9,778 nt of DNA from Octopus sinensis (Eukaryota). Both the position numbers and the translations under genes were made by a program. Below, in pieces: positions 8,331 through 9,778 of the stretch; the stretch's first letter is position 1; each line of letters opens with the position of its first letter. The notes beneath the pieces are model-generated. The model was not told the origin of the DNA. It did not search any database and saw nothing but the letters and a program-made list of their open reading frames with translations. The stretch covers positions 1 to 9,778 of the forward strand of contig NW_021827836.1 of the NCBI RefSeq assembly GCF_006345805.1, read 5' to 3'.

Positions 8331-8993
8331 AACTGGTACTTAATTTATCGAGACCGAAAGGATGAAAGGCAAAGTCGACCTCGGCGGAATTTGAACTCAG
8401 AACATGGAGACACGAAATACTTATTTCTTTACTACCCACAAAGGGCTAAACACAGAGAAGACAAACGAGGACAGACAAACGGATTAAGTCGATTACATCG
8501 ACCCCAGTGTGTAACTGGTACTTAATTTATCGACCCCGAAAGGATGTGATGAAAGCAAAGTCGACCTCGGAATTAAACTCAGAACGTAAAGACAGAGACG
8601 AAATACTATTCTTTACTACCACAAGGGGCTAAACACAGAGGGGACAAACAAGACAGACAAAGGATTAAGTCGATGACATCGACCCCAGTGTGTAACTGGT
8701 ACTTAATTTATCGACCCCGAAAGGATGAAAGGCAAAGTCGACTTCGGCGGAATTTGAACCCAGAATGTGACGGCAGACGAAATGCCTATTTCTTTACTAC
8801 CCACAAGGGGCTATACACAGAGGGGACAACCAAGGACAGACAAACAGATTACGTAACTGATACTTATTTAATCGACCCCGAAAGGATGAAAGGCAAAGTC
8901 AACCTCGGCGGAATTTGAACTCAGAACATAGCGACAGACGAAATACCGCTAAGCATTTCGCCCGGCGCGCTAACGGTTCTGCCAGCTCATCTT
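8331..8993 (-). mobile_element. tRNA-type SINE multimer: head plus four bodies, 3' end truncated
   Basis: aactgg(t)ac recurs at 8331, 8513, 8694 and 8855 (periods 182, 181, 161). The head is recognisable at 8948-8988, with A box 8974-8984 and B box 8910-8922 on the - strand. The distal body stops abruptly at 8331 without hairpin or tail. Confidence 0.93.
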
Positions 8994-9173
8994 ACAAACG
9001 TTGTATCTGGATATAACTGTATGATGGATAGTTATAACTAGAATAATAGACCTTTGATTGCTCGATCAGGATTGACCTGTGGTTAAACAATGAAAACAGC
9101 GGCAGTAGCAGCAACGGAAGAGTTCTGTATGAACACTCACAGCTGACACATTTCTTCCAAATTACACACGAAC

Positions 9174-9308
9174 TTACATCTTAAAATATGGAAGAACCCA
9201 TAATATAACGATGTAGCCATCAATACACGACATATAATGATAATGCAGGATGGTCACCTTGGAACAGTTTCGATCATAAATCTTCTCCATTGCGACAAAC
9301 AAGAACAA
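9174..9308 (-). pseudogene. Possible degraded LINE reverse-transcriptase fragment
   Basis: The - strand frame reads LFLFVAMEKIYDRNCSKVTILHYHYMSCIDGYIVILW, resembling the recalled LINE RT motif FVD(M/L)EKA(F/Y)DRV...GID..IV. The match is short and made by eye only. Confidence 0.35.
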
Positions 9309-9778
9309 TATTCTTTTCTACTCTATGCACAAGGCCCGAAATTTCTGGGGAGGTGGCCAGTCGACCCCAGTACGTAACTGGTACTTGATTTATCGAGACC
9401 GAAAGGATGAAAGGCAAAGTCGACCTCGGCGGAATTTAAACTCAGAACATGAAAACAGACGAAATACCTATTTCTTTACTACCCACAAGGGGCTAAACAC
9501 AGAGAAGACAAACGAGGACAGACAAACGGATTAAGTCGATTACATCGACCCCAGTGCGTAACTGGTACTTAATTTATCGACCCCGAAAGATTGAAAGGCA
9601 AAGTCGATCTCACCGGAATTTGAACTCAGAACGTAGCGGCAGACGAAATACCTATTTCTTGACTGCCTACAAGGGGCTACACACAGTGGGGACAAACAAG
9701 GACAGAGAAACGGATTAAGTCGATTATATCGACCCCAATGCGTAACTGGTACTTATTTAATCGACCCCGAAACGATAA
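9308..9778 (-). mobile_element. tRNA-type SINE multimer with tail C, running off the window end
   Basis: Tail 9308-9360; aactggtac at 9376, 9560 and 9744 (period 184, 184). The head is not within the window. Confidence 0.92.

Noticed and set aside
8268-9534. Recurring ORFs containing WYLIYRPRKDERQSRPRRNLNSE (also 5191-5729 on the - strand)
   Set aside because: These are antisense translations of the SINE body. The similarity reflects the DNA repeat, and the copies differ by frameshifting indels.
8331-9778. CRISPR-like array
   Set aside because: Units are homologous over their whole length with no unique spacers. The context is eukaryotic and no cas genes are present.

Overview
Eukaryotic, AT-rich, non-coding DNA (intergenic or intronic) with a very high density of di- and trinucleotide microsatellites. 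No intact protein-coding gene is supported: almost every ORF in the supplied track is a translated simple repeat. The repeat landscape and the SINE sequence look like coleoid cephalopod (Octopus-type) DNA, which is recognition from memory and not a database result. The non-microsatellite content is mostly retroelement-derived. (i) A frameshifted 3' remnant of an RTE-like LINE lies at ~333-607, with a C2H2 finger, terminal hairpin and GAC/GAT tail, and is missed by the ORF track. (ii) One tRNA-type (A/B box) SINE family is present as four + strand pieces at 4863-6085 and two - strand multimers at 8331-9778. (iii) A possible RT-motif remnant lies at 9174-9308. The most interesting structure is the SINE's modular build: a 47-nt A-box head followed by 1-4 tandem ~184-nt bodies that all restart at the same nucleotide. 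The bodies are joined at a GAAATA-GG-TATTTC palindrome and carry position-specific variants shared between separate insertions. A degenerate hammerhead-core-like motif lies on the - strand at 4685-4744. All alignments and counts were done by eye.
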